DNA of 64,000 nt, taken from Sedimentisphaerales bacterium. Lineage in GTDB: Bacteria; Planctomycetota; Phycisphaerae; Sedimentisphaerales; SM23-30. Location: assembly GCA_963666285.1 (NCBI GenBank), contig OY762711.1. One strand, given 5' to 3'. The position numbers and the translations under genes are program-made. Under the pieces are notes generated by a model that worked only from the letters and a program-made list of their open reading frames with translations, did not search any database and was not told the DNA's origin. The stretch's first letter is position 1. Each line of letters begins with the position of its first letter. Positions 9,609 to 21,200 of this stretch are shown in pieces.

Positions 9609-11597
9609 ATGTTAGCAGCAATTGGATCAGAAATTATAATAACAAGTATTGCTATTATAATATTATTTATAATAGGGTGTCTGGCATTATTGATGAAATG
9701 CTATAGGAAAGTCTCGCAAGGTGAGGCTTTGATTAGAAATGGTTTCGGCGGAACCAAAGTTATTTTTTCAGGTAAAATTGTTATTCCGATTTTGCATAAA
9801 GCGGAATATATGGATATATCTGTTAAGCGTATTGAAATTGACAGACGCGGCGAACAGGGATTGATCTGCAAGGACAATCTGCGTGCTGATATTGTAGTTG
9901 CTTTCTTTGTGCGGGTTAATAATACGGTTGAAGATGTTAAACAGGTAGCACAGGCATTAGGGTGTAAACGAGCTAGCAGCCAGGAGGCCCTGGTAGAGCT
10001 GTTTGATGCAAAATTCAGTGAAGCCTTGAAGACTGTAGGTAAGCAATTTGATTTTGCCGAGCTTTATACGAATCGTATGGCATTTCGCGAGCAGATTCTG
10101 GATATCATTGGTACTGACCTTAGTGGATATGTCTTGGAAGACGCGGCGATTGATTATTTGGAACAGACAGATAAATCCATGCTGAAGCCTGATAATATAC
10201 TGGATGCCGAAGGTATTAAGAAGATTACCGTGCTGACGGCTGAGCAATATGAGCTGGCTAATGCTCGTGAACGTGAAAAAGATAAGACGATAACACAGCA
10301 GAATGTTGAAGCGCAGGAAGCTATTCTGGAGTTGAATAAGCAGCTGGCGGAAGCTGAAGCCAAGCAGAAACGAGAAGTGGCGTCTATCCAGGCACATGAG
10401 GAAGCCGAGACCAAACGTGTGCAGGAAACAGAGCGTGAGCGTGCCGAACGAGCGCGTATCACAGCTGATGAAGAAATTGCAGTTGCGGAAGAGAATAAAA
10501 ATCGCCAGATAATTGTTGCGGCGAAAAACCGTGAGAAAACAGATGCGGTTGAAACCGAGCGGGTAGAACGCGATCGTGGTCTGGAAGCAACAGAACGTGA
10601 ACGCCTGGTAACGATTGCCCAGGTTGAAAAAGATAAAGTGGTGGAAGGTCAGAAGAAAGAATTACAGGCTGCTATTCGCGAGCGTGTGACAATTGAGAAG
10701 ACTGTTGTTGCCGAACAGGAACGGATTAAGGATACCCAGGAATTTGCCGGTGCCGATCGTAGCAAGCAGGTTCAGGTTACCAAGGCAGAAGAAGTTGCAG
10801 AAGCAGCATTGGTTAAAGATATCAAGGCAGCGGAAGCATCTAAACGAGCCGCTGAGTTATATGCCGAACAGCAGTTGATCGAAGCGGATGCCAACCAGAA
10901 AGCCGCAGATAAGAATGCAATTGCCAAGAAGACCCTTGCCGAAGCGTCAGTTAAGGAAGAGGCTGTTAACGGTGTAGCGGAAGCAGAGGTAATGGAAGCC
11001 AAGGCTGCGGCAATAGAAAAACAGGGAACGGCAGAAGCCAAGGTCATGGAGCTTAAATATCATTCTGAAGCAGATGGTATTCGTGATAAGGCTGAAGCGA
11101 TGAAGATATTCGACAGTGTCGGTAAAGACCATGAAGAATTCAAACTGCGTCTTAACAAGGACCTGGAAGTTGATCTTGCAGCTATTCATATCCAGAAGGA
11201 TATTGCCGAACAGCAGGCGATTTTGATTGCAGAAGCATTGAAATCAGCACGAATCGATATTATCGGTGGTGATAATACCTTCTTTGATAAGCTGGTCAGC
11301 TCAATAACCGCCGGTAAGAGTGTTGACAGGATGATTTCCAATAGTGAAGTATTGAGCGAAGTCAAGGACACATTTATTACAGGTGACGCGGAAGAGACAT
11401 CAGGTAAGATTCGAGAATTTGTCAGTCAGTTTGGTTTAAGCAGTGAAGATATCAAGAATTTGACAGTGTCAGCTTTAGTGGCCAAGATGGCAGGTCTGGC
11501 TGATAATGAACAGAAGCCTGTTTTGGAAAACCTGCTTAGTACTGTTAAATCTTTGGGTATTGGAGATAAAACTGCCAAGCAGTTCTTGAAGAAATGA
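9609..11597 (+). CDS. Flotillin family (SPFH plus coiled coil, YqiK-like) protein
   Basis: N-terminal TM, GLICKDNLRAD, NILDAEGIKKIT, long Ala/Glu-rich coil; SD AAGGAG. Confidence 0.9.
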   Translation: MLAAIGSEIIITSIAIIILFIIGCLALLMKCYRKVSQGEALIRNGFGGTKVIFSGKIVIPILHKAEYMDISVKRIEIDRRGEQGLICKDNLRADIVVAFFVRVNNTVEDVKQVAQALGCKRASSQEALVELFDAKFSEALKTVGKQFDFAELYTNRMAFREQILDIIGTDLSGYVLEDAAIDYLEQTDKSMLKPDNILDAEGIKKITVLTAEQYELANAREREKDKTITQQNVEAQEAILELNKQLAEAEAKQKREVASIQAHEEAETKRVQETERERAERARITADEEIAVAEENKNRQIIVAAKNREKTDAVETERVERDRGLEATERERLVTIAQVEKDKVVEGQKKELQAAIRERVTIEKTVVAEQERIKDTQEFAGADRSKQVQVTKAEEVAEAALVKDIKAAEASKRAAELYAEQQLIEADANQKAADKNAIAKKTLAEASVKEEAVNGVAEAEVMEAKAAAIEKQGTAEAKVMELKYHSEADGIRDKAEAMKIFDSVGKDHEEFKLRLNKDLEVDLAAIHIQKDIAEQQAILIAEALKSARIDIIGGDNTFFDKLVSSITAGKSVDRMISNSEVLSEVKDTFITGDAEETSGKIREFVSQFGLSSEDIKNLTVSALVAKMAGLADNEQKPVLENLLSTVKSLGIGDKTAKQFLKK

Positions 11598-11711
11598 TAA
11601 GGCATAAAGGGCGGTTAACGCCTTTGGCAAGCCTAAAATAATTGGTGTGGGCAGTATTTCTTCGGGAATTTTGTCCGCACTACTGAATGAATATGCGTAA
11701 GGATTGAGATC

Positions 11712-14700
11712 ATGGTTGATAATGATTCTACTGCTGATGTACAAAAGCCGGTTCAGGCTGATAGTACTGAACAGCTGCAGGGTGGTACATATGAGATATT
11801 GCGTGACAGATTGCTGAGTCACGGCAAGGAGCTTCAGGATCGTCTTGGGAAACTGAATGATGACCGCAAGAGCGTCTTTGGCTCTATTGAAACTAAATTG
11901 CTAAGCAGTCAGCGAATAAGTACCGATAACAATTGTGTGCCGCGTGATATGGTGCCGGTTGGCAATAAGTTTATCTTCGGCTATAATGTTTTTGTCGGGC
12001 TGCGTTCTGAGATGCAGATATCAGATGTTTTTGCTGTTTACAGCTGGCAGGACGGGCATTTTGCGGCGGAATCATTATCGCTGTTGGAAGACGAGGAATT
12101 CGCGACAGACTTTTTCAATCTGTACAAATATTATCGTAATGCTCGTTTTGTAAAATTTGCAGTTATCGGCGCTTATCTGTATATGGTTTTTCGTGTAGGT
12201 AAGTCGGTAAATGATATCAAGACATTCAAGTGGCTGATGAAGGGCGATAGCCTTAAATATTGTGATAACCGCAGCGACCATGAATATGTTTTTCCGGCTC
12301 AACATGGTTTTGAATGGAAAAAAGCTACCCAGGATATGCACCGTTCCGGTTTGAGCCCGCATATATCAATAGAGGACATTGTTTTTGTCGAGACTATCGG
12401 CGGTGATTTAACTATCAAGATCGAAGATAATACCGAGTCCGGCGAGGGCATATATTCTGAACCGGTTGAAAATCCTGACCAAACGCTTGCAGATGCAGAA
12501 ATATACTATTCCATAATCGATCATATGGTAGTTATGAAGATACGTCCATACCAGGAGCAGAAATTCAGGTATTTGATATATAACTCCAAAGTTGAGCAGG
12601 TAACTAAGGTTGATTCGATTAAAGATGCCTGTGTTTTATTGCCGGAAAATCACGGCTTGATATTTCCCAAAGGATATTATCTTCAGACTGGTGAATGCAA
12701 GAAATTTAATATAGATATCAATGATATGGTTTTTGAAAAGCAGATAAGCTCGCCAAATGGTGAAGATTATTTATTTGTTTTTTATAACAGAGAAGACGGT
12801 GTTTATGTTTTATTGTCTTATAATACAATTAACCAGTTGATCGAGAACCCGTTTATTTGTAACGGCTATTCCTGTTTCGATGATGGTACAATGCTGTTTT
12901 TTAAGGCTGATCAGGACCCGCAGAAACATCATGTTGTGCAGGTGTGGCAAACGCCGTATTACGGCCCTGATTACAGTATGGATATTCGGCATGATTCCGA
13001 GCTGTACAAGATAGGTAATAAAGATATCGTCCGGTGTATGGCTGAATGTTCGGCACTGCTTAATCTGATAGATAAAAAAGAAGGTTATGTAAACCTATAC
13101 ATGGATATTAATAAGCAGTCGCAGGATATACGTGATGCTTTTTTCTGGCTTGATTCTGAAGTCGCATATAACCTTGTTGAGCCATTGGCTGAGATATCTA
13201 TTGCGGCGGCAGCAGCGGTAGATGAATATGAAAAAGTTGTCCGAACACGGGAGAACACACGCAAGCAAATAAAAGATGTTCATAAACGGGTGACGGAGCA
13301 TCTTGAATCGATTGATTATGGAGCGTTGAATGATGTAGATGTGTTTGTGGAACATCTTGCTACATTGCGAGGTTTGCGAGGTGAGATAATCTCGCTCAAG
13401 GATTTACGTTATGCAGATTTGGAGCTGATCGAGAAGCTGGAAGAAGATGTAACCGTAGAGACAGACAAACTTAGTGACCTTTGTGTTGAATATCTGCTGC
13501 AGCCAGACGCACTTAAACCTTATAAGATTCGTGTTGATAAGTTGGGTAAGGTAGTGCCGGAACTGAAAAAGGTAACCGATGTAAGAGATAAAACCGAAGA
13601 GGTTAATCAAATATCAACAGAACTGGAGATGTTGACAGAGATTGTAAGTAATCTTAATATCTCCGATGCTACTCATACGACCGCAATTATTGACGCAATA
13701 TCACTGGTTTTTGCGGTGGTGAACCAGGTTAAGGCGGCATTAAAGAATAAACTTAACGAATTAGCGGTACTTGAAGGTAAGAGCGAGTTCAGTGCCCAGA
13801 TAAAGCTGCTGGATCAGTCTGTTATTAATTATCTGGATCTATGTGATACGCCGGAGAAATGTGATGAATATTTGTCTAAGGCATCAGTACAGCTGGAAAC
13901 TCTGGAAAGCAAATTTACTGATTTCCAGGAGTTCATTTTAGAGCTAAGCGAGAAGCGAGAGGAATTATTTAATACGTTTGAATCTCGCAAGGTTCAATTA
14001 GTTGCGAAGCGTAATCAGCTGGCAGACGCTATGATGACATCCGGCAAGCGGATATTAAATGGTATAAAAAAACGTATTGCTTCACTGGGTGATGTAAACG
14101 CTATCAACGGTTTCTTTGCATCTGATATGATGGTTCAGAAACTGCGTGAGACCGTTGAGAAATTATTGGAACTGGGTGATTCAGTTAAAGCTGATGATAT
14201 TAACAGCCGGTTGAAGAGTATACAGCAGGATGCGGTACGACAGTTAAAAGACAGGCAGGCCCTGTTTGAAGACGGTGATAATGTAATTAAGCTGGGCGAA
14301 CATCGCTTCAGGGTGAATAAGCAAAACCTGGAAGCAACGATGGTGGTTCGTGATGACCAGATGTATTATCATCTGACTGGCACAGGTTTTTTTGAAAAGG
14401 TCGCAGATGAGCAGTTGAACGGGACGAGAGAAGTCTGGCAGCTTGATAGTATTTCCGAATCCGTCGATTTATATCGGGGTGAATATTTAGCTTATAAGAT
14501 GCTGGAACATTTGAATAATGATGATGTTAAGCTGAAAATGCAGCTTTGCCGGGCAGAGTCAAACAAGGTTCTTGATTTTACTCGTGAGTTTATGGCACCA
14601 AGGTTTGCGGAAGGATATGTGAAAGGAGTTCACGATCATGACGGCAGTATGATTCTGCATAATTTGCTGCAATTAGAAAATGAGATAGGGCTACTGAGAT

Positions 14701-17039
14701 TTTCAACTCAGGCTAGAGCTATGGCTCTATTATTCTGGCAGCAGTGGCCTAACTTAGTTCAGAAAGAGATCCTTGCCGCGAAGATAGAAAGTGTCGGGCA
14801 GTTACGGCAAACGTTCAGTGCCGAACAGGCTAAGTGTAACTATATCTGCCTGCTGCGAGATTGTATGGAAGAGTATTTCGAAGGAACAGGTTTATTTGAT
14901 ATGAATCTTTTGGATTCAGCTTCTGAGTACCTTTTTGAAGAATTGGCAGATAATGACAAATGTTGTGTCAGTAAAGCTGCCAATGATATTGTTAGTGATT
15001 TTGAGAGACGTTTGAGTAAAGATCAGCATGCAAAACTGACCGAAACCATTAAAAAGTTAAAAGATGATACCTTAGGTGGTTTTATGTTGGTGCGAGACTG
15101 GGTAAGGAGTTTTGTTGAGCAGGAGAAAGGCAACCTGGTTTATGCCGATGAGGCTGCTGTATTGATCCTGGATGCCGACCGAGGCAAACGTTATATTATC
15201 AGCCAGGATATTGAACGCAAGCTGGAAGGACTAGTTGGTTCGCATAGATTAATTGATAACGGCAATTATGTTTTGAACTATTGCGACTTTTCGGACAGAT
15301 TGAGTTATCATGAGAAGGTTGTTGTTCCTAAATTTAACATGTATCGCGACCGCAAGAGAGAGCTGATCGACCAGTTTGCTGTTGATATGAAGCTTTCAGA
15401 GTTTAAGCCCAGAATATTGACTTCATTTGTACGAAATCAGTTGATAGACAAAGTTTACTTGCCGCTGATTGGTGATAATCTGGCTAAGCAAATAGGTGAT
15501 GCAGGTGAGAATAAACGTACTGATTTGCAGGGTCTGCTGTTGTTGATATCACCTCCGGGCTATGGCAAAACAACATTGATGGAGTATATCTCCAACCGGC
15601 TTGGCTTGATATTTGTAAAGATTAACGGTCCGGCAATAGGTAATAAAGTTACCAGTTTTGACCCCGGTGAAGCGCCCAATGCTGCCGCGAGAGAAGAATT
15701 GAACAAGCTCAACCTGTCATTTGAGATGGGTGATAATGTGATGATCTACCTGGATGATATACAGCATTGCAATCCGGAACTGCTGCAGAAATTTATTTCT
15801 CTTTGTGACGGTCAGCGTCGCGTAGAAGGTGTTTATAAGGGTAAGAGCCGTACTTATGACCTGCGCGGCAAGCGGGTTTGTGTTGTGATGGCTGGAAATC
15901 CTTATACTGAGAGTGGTGAGAAGTTCCGGATTCCTGATATGCTGACCAACCGTGCAGATACTTACAATATAGGTGATATTGTCGGCAATAATTATGATTC
16001 TTTTGTTTTGAGTTATATTGAAAATAGTATAACTTCCAATCCGGTACTGGGTAAGCTTGCCAATCGCAGCCAGAAGGATATTGCCGCTGTTATAAGGCTG
16101 GCTCAAACGGGTCAGCGAGAAGGGCTTGACTTTGAGGGAAGTTATACCAGTGATGAGTTAAACGAATATGTATCGATCATGAAGAAATTATTCAAGGTTC
16201 GTGATGTGGTACTGAAGGTAAATCGACAGTATATCGATTCTGCGGCACAGGCTGATGAATATCGTACTGAACCGCCGTTTCTGCTCCAGGGCAGTTATCG
16301 AAACATGAATCGTATTACAGAACGGGTATTACCTGTAATGAATGATGATGAGCTTTGGACACTGATAGAATCGAATTATCAGCAGGATGCCCAGACACTG
16401 ACCTCCGGGGCGGAATCCAACCTGCTTAAGTTTGCCGAACTTGTCGGCAGGCAAACAGAGCAGCAGGCTGCTCGCTGGCATGAGATCAAGCAAACCTTTG
16501 GCAGAAATCTGCTTCTGGGCGATGAAACACAGGATAAGGTGGCAATGGTTGTAAGGCAGTTGAATGCTTTTGGTGCCGGGCTGGATTCGATCAAGGATGT
16601 GTTGGCAAAAGGGGTTGATTCTATGGTGAATATTCCTCAACCTGATCTAAATATGAAAGAGGACGAGGACCAAAGTAAAGCGTTTGCCGAGGCATCGGCA
16701 GCAATGATTGATAAACTTGATTCTGTTGTGGGTGAATTACATCAGAGTAGAAAACAATTTACCGAGCAGGCTGAGCAGTATAGGGCGGTTGATGTTGAAA
16801 AGAATGCGGACATGTTGCTTTCTGTGCTGCAGGAGCAATATAATACAATGGAGACCTGGCTGATGAGGGTTACCAGGAATCGTAAAGGTCAGCTTAAGTA
16901 TGTAAATGAACTTGTGACACGATTTGAGAATATGATTGAGGGGTATAGCAATATGATAGAGTATTTGCGGGGCAGGTATCTGACAGATAGCAAAACAAAG
17001 TCGGCTGATGAGAATGATAAAAAACAGTCAGATGAATAA
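11712..17039 (+). CDS. Giant coiled-coil AAA+ ATPase (resembles the DUF3686 'DNA repair ATPase' family)
   Basis: Walker A SPPGYGKTT, Walker B VMIYLDDIQH, sensor VVMAGNPY, Arg finger MLTNRAD; beta-rich N-terminus and long helical middle. Confidence 0.82.
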   Translation: MVDNDSTADVQKPVQADSTEQLQGGTYEILRDRLLSHGKELQDRLGKLNDDRKSVFGSIETKLLSSQRISTDNNCVPRDMVPVGNKFIFGYNVFVGLRSEMQISDVFAVYSWQDGHFAAESLSLLEDEEFATDFFNLYKYYRNARFVKFAVIGAYLYMVFRVGKSVNDIKTFKWLMKGDSLKYCDNRSDHEYVFPAQHGFEWKKATQDMHRSGLSPHISIEDIVFVETIGGDLTIKIEDNTESGEGIYSEPVENPDQTLADAEIYYSIIDHMVVMKIRPYQEQKFRYLIYNSKVEQVTKVDSIKDACVLLPENHGLIFPKGYYLQTGECKKFNIDINDMVFEKQISSPNGEDYLFVFYNREDGVYVLLSYNTINQLIENPFICNGYSCFDDGTMLFFKADQDPQKHHVVQVWQTPYYGPDYSMDIRHDSELYKIGNKDIVRCMAECSALLNLIDKKEGYVNLYMDINKQSQDIRDAFFWLDSEVAYNLVEPLAEISIAAAAAVDEYEKVVRTRENTRKQIKDVHKRVTEHLESIDYGALNDVDVFVEHLATLRGLRGEIISLKDLRYADLELIEKLEEDVTVETDKLSDLCVEYLLQPDALKPYKIRVDKLGKVVPELKKVTDVRDKTEEVNQISTELEMLTEIVSNLNISDATHTTAIIDAISLVFAVVNQVKAALKNKLNELAVLEGKSEFSAQIKLLDQSVINYLDLCDTPEKCDEYLSKASVQLETLESKFTDFQEFILELSEKREELFNTFESRKVQLVAKRNQLADAMMTSGKRILNGIKKRIASLGDVNAINGFFASDMMVQKLRETVEKLLELGDSVKADDINSRLKSIQQDAVRQLKDRQALFEDGDNVIKLGEHRFRVNKQNLEATMVVRDDQMYYHLTGTGFFEKVADEQLNGTREVWQLDSISESVDLYRGEYLAYKMLEHLNNDDVKLKMQLCRAESNKVLDFTREFMAPRFAEGYVKGVHDHDGSMILHNLLQLENEIGLLRFSTQARAMALLFWQQWPNLVQKEILAAKIESVGQLRQTFSAEQAKCNYICLLRDCMEEYFEGTGLFDMNLLDSASEYLFEELADNDKCCVSKAANDIVSDFERRLSKDQHAKLTETIKKLKDDTLGGFMLVRDWVRSFVEQEKGNLVYADEAAVLILDADRGKRYIISQDIERKLEGLVGSHRLIDNGNYVLNYCDFSDRLSYHEKVVVPKFNMYRDRKRELIDQFAVDMKLSEFKPRILTSFVRNQLIDKVYLPLIGDNLAKQIGDAGENKRTDLQGLLLLISPPGYGKTTLMEYISNRLGLIFVKINGPAIGNKVTSFDPGEAPNAAAREELNKLNLSFEMGDNVMIYLDDIQHCNPELLQKFISLCDGQRRVEGVYKGKSRTYDLRGKRVCVVMAGNPYTESGEKFRIPDMLTNRADTYNIGDIVGNNYDSFVLSYIENSITSNPVLGKLANRSQKDIAAVIRLAQTGQREGLDFEGSYTSDELNEYVSIMKKLFKVRDVVLKVNRQYIDSAAQADEYRTEPPFLLQGSYRNMNRITERVLPVMNDDELWTLIESNYQQDAQTLTSGAESNLLKFAELVGRQTEQQAARWHEIKQTFGRNLLLGDETQDKVAMVVRQLNAFGAGLDSIKDVLAKGVDSMVNIPQPDLNMKEDEDQSKAFAEASAAMIDKLDSVVGELHQSRKQFTEQAEQYRAVDVEKNADMLLSVLQEQYNTMETWLMRVTRNRKGQLKYVNELVTRFENMIEGYSNMIEYLRGRYLTDSKTKSADENDKKQSDE

Positions 17040-17091
17040 AACTATGTTTTGATAAATAAGCAAGAGAAAGCAGTTTATAGAAAAACAGCAT

Positions 17092-17766
17092 ATGTCATTA
17101 ATAAAAAAATTAAAACGAATAACACTTAGCCGTATCGAGGCTTTTCTTGACACACTGGAAAATCCGGAATATATTCTGCCGCAATTGCAGAAAGAACTTG
17201 CCGGTAAGTTGGATCAGGCGATAAACGCGCAGGCAAAGTCTTTGACTGCGGTTAAATCGGCAAGGCGAAAACTGGATGAGCTTGAGGGGAAGCTGTTGAG
17301 ATATGATAAACTGGTTACCGCGGCTGTTGCGGAAAAGGATGAGCAGTTGGCGCGTAAGATATTGTCGGCTCAGATACAGGTTGAGGAAGAGAAAGGCAGG
17401 CAGCAGTCTCAATTGCAGGGTACTGAGCAGGCATATTTACAGGCGAAACAGGTATGTGAGCAACTTAAGAAAAGCCTGGATAGCTTAAAGCAGAAAGTCA
17501 GGGATTTGAAATATCGGGATACGATGACTAAACAAATGCAGGCAATGCAGAGAAAAGCCGGCTGGACCGACGATTGCAAGGCGGATTCTATCCTGGAAGC
17601 AGTCGCAAGAATGGAAGAGAAGGTAATTGAGAGGGAATCAGAGGTAGAGGTTCGGCAGGAGATGACACATCTGCTTCTGGATGATGATTCAATTGAAGAA
17701 TTGGAGAAAAAGGCAGAAGTTGATCGGCGACTTGCTGAGCTACTAAATAATAACAAGAATAACTAA
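17092..17766 (+). CDS. PspA/IM30 family protein, paralog 3
   Basis: MSLIKKLKRITLSRIEAFLDTLENPE; DSILEAVARMEE; clearly similar to paralog 1. Confidence 0.85.
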   Translation: MSLIKKLKRITLSRIEAFLDTLENPEYILPQLQKELAGKLDQAINAQAKSLTAVKSARRKLDELEGKLLRYDKLVTAAVAEKDEQLARKILSAQIQVEEEKGRQQSQLQGTEQAYLQAKQVCEQLKKSLDSLKQKVRDLKYRDTMTKQMQAMQRKAGWTDDCKADSILEAVARMEEKVIERESEVEVRQEMTHLLLDDDSIEELEKKAEVDRRLAELLNNNKNN

Positions 17767-18233
17767 ATATTAGTATCTGTCTGGTGACTTACCTAACTCC
17801 TTTACCTTTGATAATTTATAGTTAATATCCCTGAAATGCAGAAATGAATTGTCTAAGTTATTGTAAAACAATGCTTTAGGGGGGGGGTTCACTAAGCGAT
17901 CTGTACGTTAGGCAGTATCGTTTATTCAATTCTGGCAATATCATATAAATCAGCCTCAATTTGTACCAGGCGAATCATGCTATAACACTTTATCTAACAA
18001 TGCTTTATATTAATCTTTTCAGTCGAATAGGAAGTGTTGATTATTTATTGGGTTGATAATTATGTGGTTGGACTGATTATATATATGTGTGATATTAATT
18101 TAGGAGATTATCTGTAGAAAGAGGATATTCAATTCTTGTCAGTTTCACATGATTTGGTGGCAAAAGGCGAAAATTCTTTTTGAACTATATTTACAGTATT
18201 ATCTATGATTTATCTTTGGAGCAAGGTGGAAAT

Positions 18234-21200
18234 ATGACCTGTAACATGAATTTGCCTGTATTAATTTGTATATTTATGGTACTTTTCTCAGGGTTAAGTT
18301 CGGATATTTATGCTGACAGTGTTGTTACTTTTAATGAGATTATGTATCACCCGGAAGATAGCCAGGCTGATAGTGAATGGATAGAACTGTATAACCAGAT
18401 GGCTGTGGATATAGATTTATCTGGCTGGGCTATTAAAGGAGCCGTTAAATATACATTTCCAGAAGGTACATTTATATCAGGCGGGAGCTATATAGTTGTC
18501 GCAAAGCTACCGGATGAGTTAATTTCACTAGCCGGAACAGAAAATGTTTTCGGTCCGTTTGATGGCCAATTATCTAATAGTGGTGAATCGCTCAGGCTGG
18601 AAACAGGCAGTGGTCGAGTGATGGATTCTATTACATATAACGATAAAGGCAGCTGGCCGATTGGTCCGGATGGCTCCGGGGTATCACTTTCAAAGAAAAA
18701 TAAGAATCAGGCCAGTCTATATTCTCAAAACTGGACTCATAGTCATCAGGTTGGTGGTACTCCAGGCGCTGAGAATTTTCCGGTAAAGGATCTGAGACAA
18801 AATCGTGTTGAGTTAGTAGGAAAAAATGATGTTTGGAAATACTGGGACTGGGGAATAGATTTGGGTACTGAATGGAAAGTTTCAGGTTATGATACTACAT
18901 ACTGGAGGCAAGGTGCAGCTGGATTTGTCTTTGGATATAATGTTGAAACGGGTGAGATGGAACCCGTTACGACTTTATTTAGTACAGGTTTGGATGATGA
19001 TGGCTTTCCGCTTACTACTGGAAGTTATGATTTGCATTATGAATTTACAGCTACCGGCGAACCTGTTTATGCTATGATTAACCATTCGGCATGGCTTGCT
19101 AATGACAGCAGTTCACAATGGATTGGATTCAGTAGTTCAGGAACTGATTCGCAACCTGTTGGACTTTTTCCAATTTCGACAACATTTGATCTCGATGGAT
19201 GGGACCATGAAACTGTTGGTATAACGATGTACATCGCAGTTGACAATGCTGTTGGCGATGTGCTGATCAATGGAATTAGTACAGGCATAACTTGCAATGT
19301 TTATGATAGCTGGTGCGGTCCTTTTGTGATAGATTCCGGTTTTGTTGCAGGCCGGAATGAATTGACTTTTAACTTTATAAATGAAGGTGACAGTATTAAT
19401 CCGGCAGGTTTGCGGGTTTGGATGGAAGCCGAAGCAATGACCAGCCTTGGTAATACTGAACTGACGTCCTGTCCTCAAACGTGTTATTTTCGAAAAAACT
19501 TTCTATATGATCCGACTGATGAGACAACAGTGGGGTTAAGTCTGGATTTTACTGTTGATGATGGTGCGGTATTTTACCTGAATGGTCAGGAAATATATCG
19601 CTATAATATGCCTGACGGAGCAGTTGAATACAGTACGTATGCCGAGACAGATATTGTAGAGATTTTATCAAATGGAGAGATTCAAGTACCGGCGGAAGCA
19701 TTGGTTGCAGGAGAAAATATTTTTGCTATAGAGGTGCATAATGTCGCAGCAGGAGAGAGTGATTTTTATTTTCAGGCTGAACTAACAGCAATTGAAACTC
19801 CAATAGATACAGCAGAAACAGTAAATCTGGTATTTAATGAATTATCTGCTTCTGAAGCTGGTCCTTTTTGGGTTGAAATGGTGAATTATGGAAATGAAAC
19901 GCTTGATTTGACAGGTGTGGTAATTCACCTCGATGGTCAAGTAGACCAGGAATATGTGTTACCATCAGGGGTATTAGGTGCTGGAGACTATATAGTTCTG
20001 GATGAAACAGTGCTTGGTTTTTCTCCTGAAGTAGATGATAAAATGTATCTTTACTGGGCAGGTAAACAGTTATTGATGGATGCCGCAATTGTTAAGGATG
20101 TCCTGCAAGGTAGAGAAACGCCTGATTCGGACTATTTTTCTTATCCGCAAATATGTACACCGGGTGAAGATAATATTATTGGAACTAATAATGATATTGT
20201 CATTAATGAGATAATGTATCACAAGGGAGATATCTTTGCCAGTCCTGGTGTCTACGAAACAGTTGTACTTGTCTCGAAAGGTCATCAGGCCAAGGTTTTG
20301 GTACCTTCTGCCAGTCAGGTCGATACCTGGACTGGTGCAGATGAGCCGTTTGATGATTCTTTATGGCAAGATGGATATTTAGGAGTCGGCTACGATAACG
20401 AAGGTGACTATAATTCTGATATTGGAATAGATATTCATGATGATATTTATAACCAATGTCAAACTTTTTATGTTCGGACCGAGTTTGAACTGACAAATAC
20501 TACAACTGTGGGTTCAATGACATTGAGGATGAAATACGATGATGGATTCATCGTTTATCTAAACGGAATTAAAATTGCTGAGGTGAACGCACCTGATGAT
20601 CCTGATTGGACTAGCAGTTCAACTGGTTCGCATGAAGCAAGTGAATATGAAACGTTTGATGTTTCTGATTACGTAGAGGCATTAAAAAACGGAAGTAATA
20701 TTCTGGCCATACAGGGTTTTAATTATGGTGTGACAAGCTCTGACTTGCTGGTTCTGCCTGAATTAAGCATTGTAGATGAAATTGTAGCTCCAATTGAAGC
20801 CGATGAATCCTCTGAAGAATGGGTAGAATTATATAATCGGGGTGCAGATACAGTTAATCTTGAGGGATGGGAATTAGATGGAGATATATCATATGTATTT
20901 GAAGCTGCTACTCTGCTTAATGCCGGTGATTATTTGGTTGTAGCGCGTGATCGCGAGGCATTATTGACGGATTGGCCAGAAATTAATATCGTAGGTGATT
21001 TTGATGGGCGGTTGAGCAATTCTATTGGTTCAGTTATTTTACGTGACCCGCATGATAATATTGCAGATGAAGTAAAATATTATGATGGAGCACCATGGCC
21101 TGAGGATGCTGACGGTTATAATGCCAGTCTTGAATTATGTAATCCTTTTGCAGATAATAATTCGGCTCTCTCATGGTCGGCAAGTAACGAGCAGGATAAG

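Noticed and set aside
17853..18008. Recurrent TAA-N19-TTA loose palindrome (also near 6112, 41712, 47887, 49952, 50163)
   Set aside because: Six A/T positions in AT-rich intergenic DNA are expected often by chance; this needs a motif-enrichment test.
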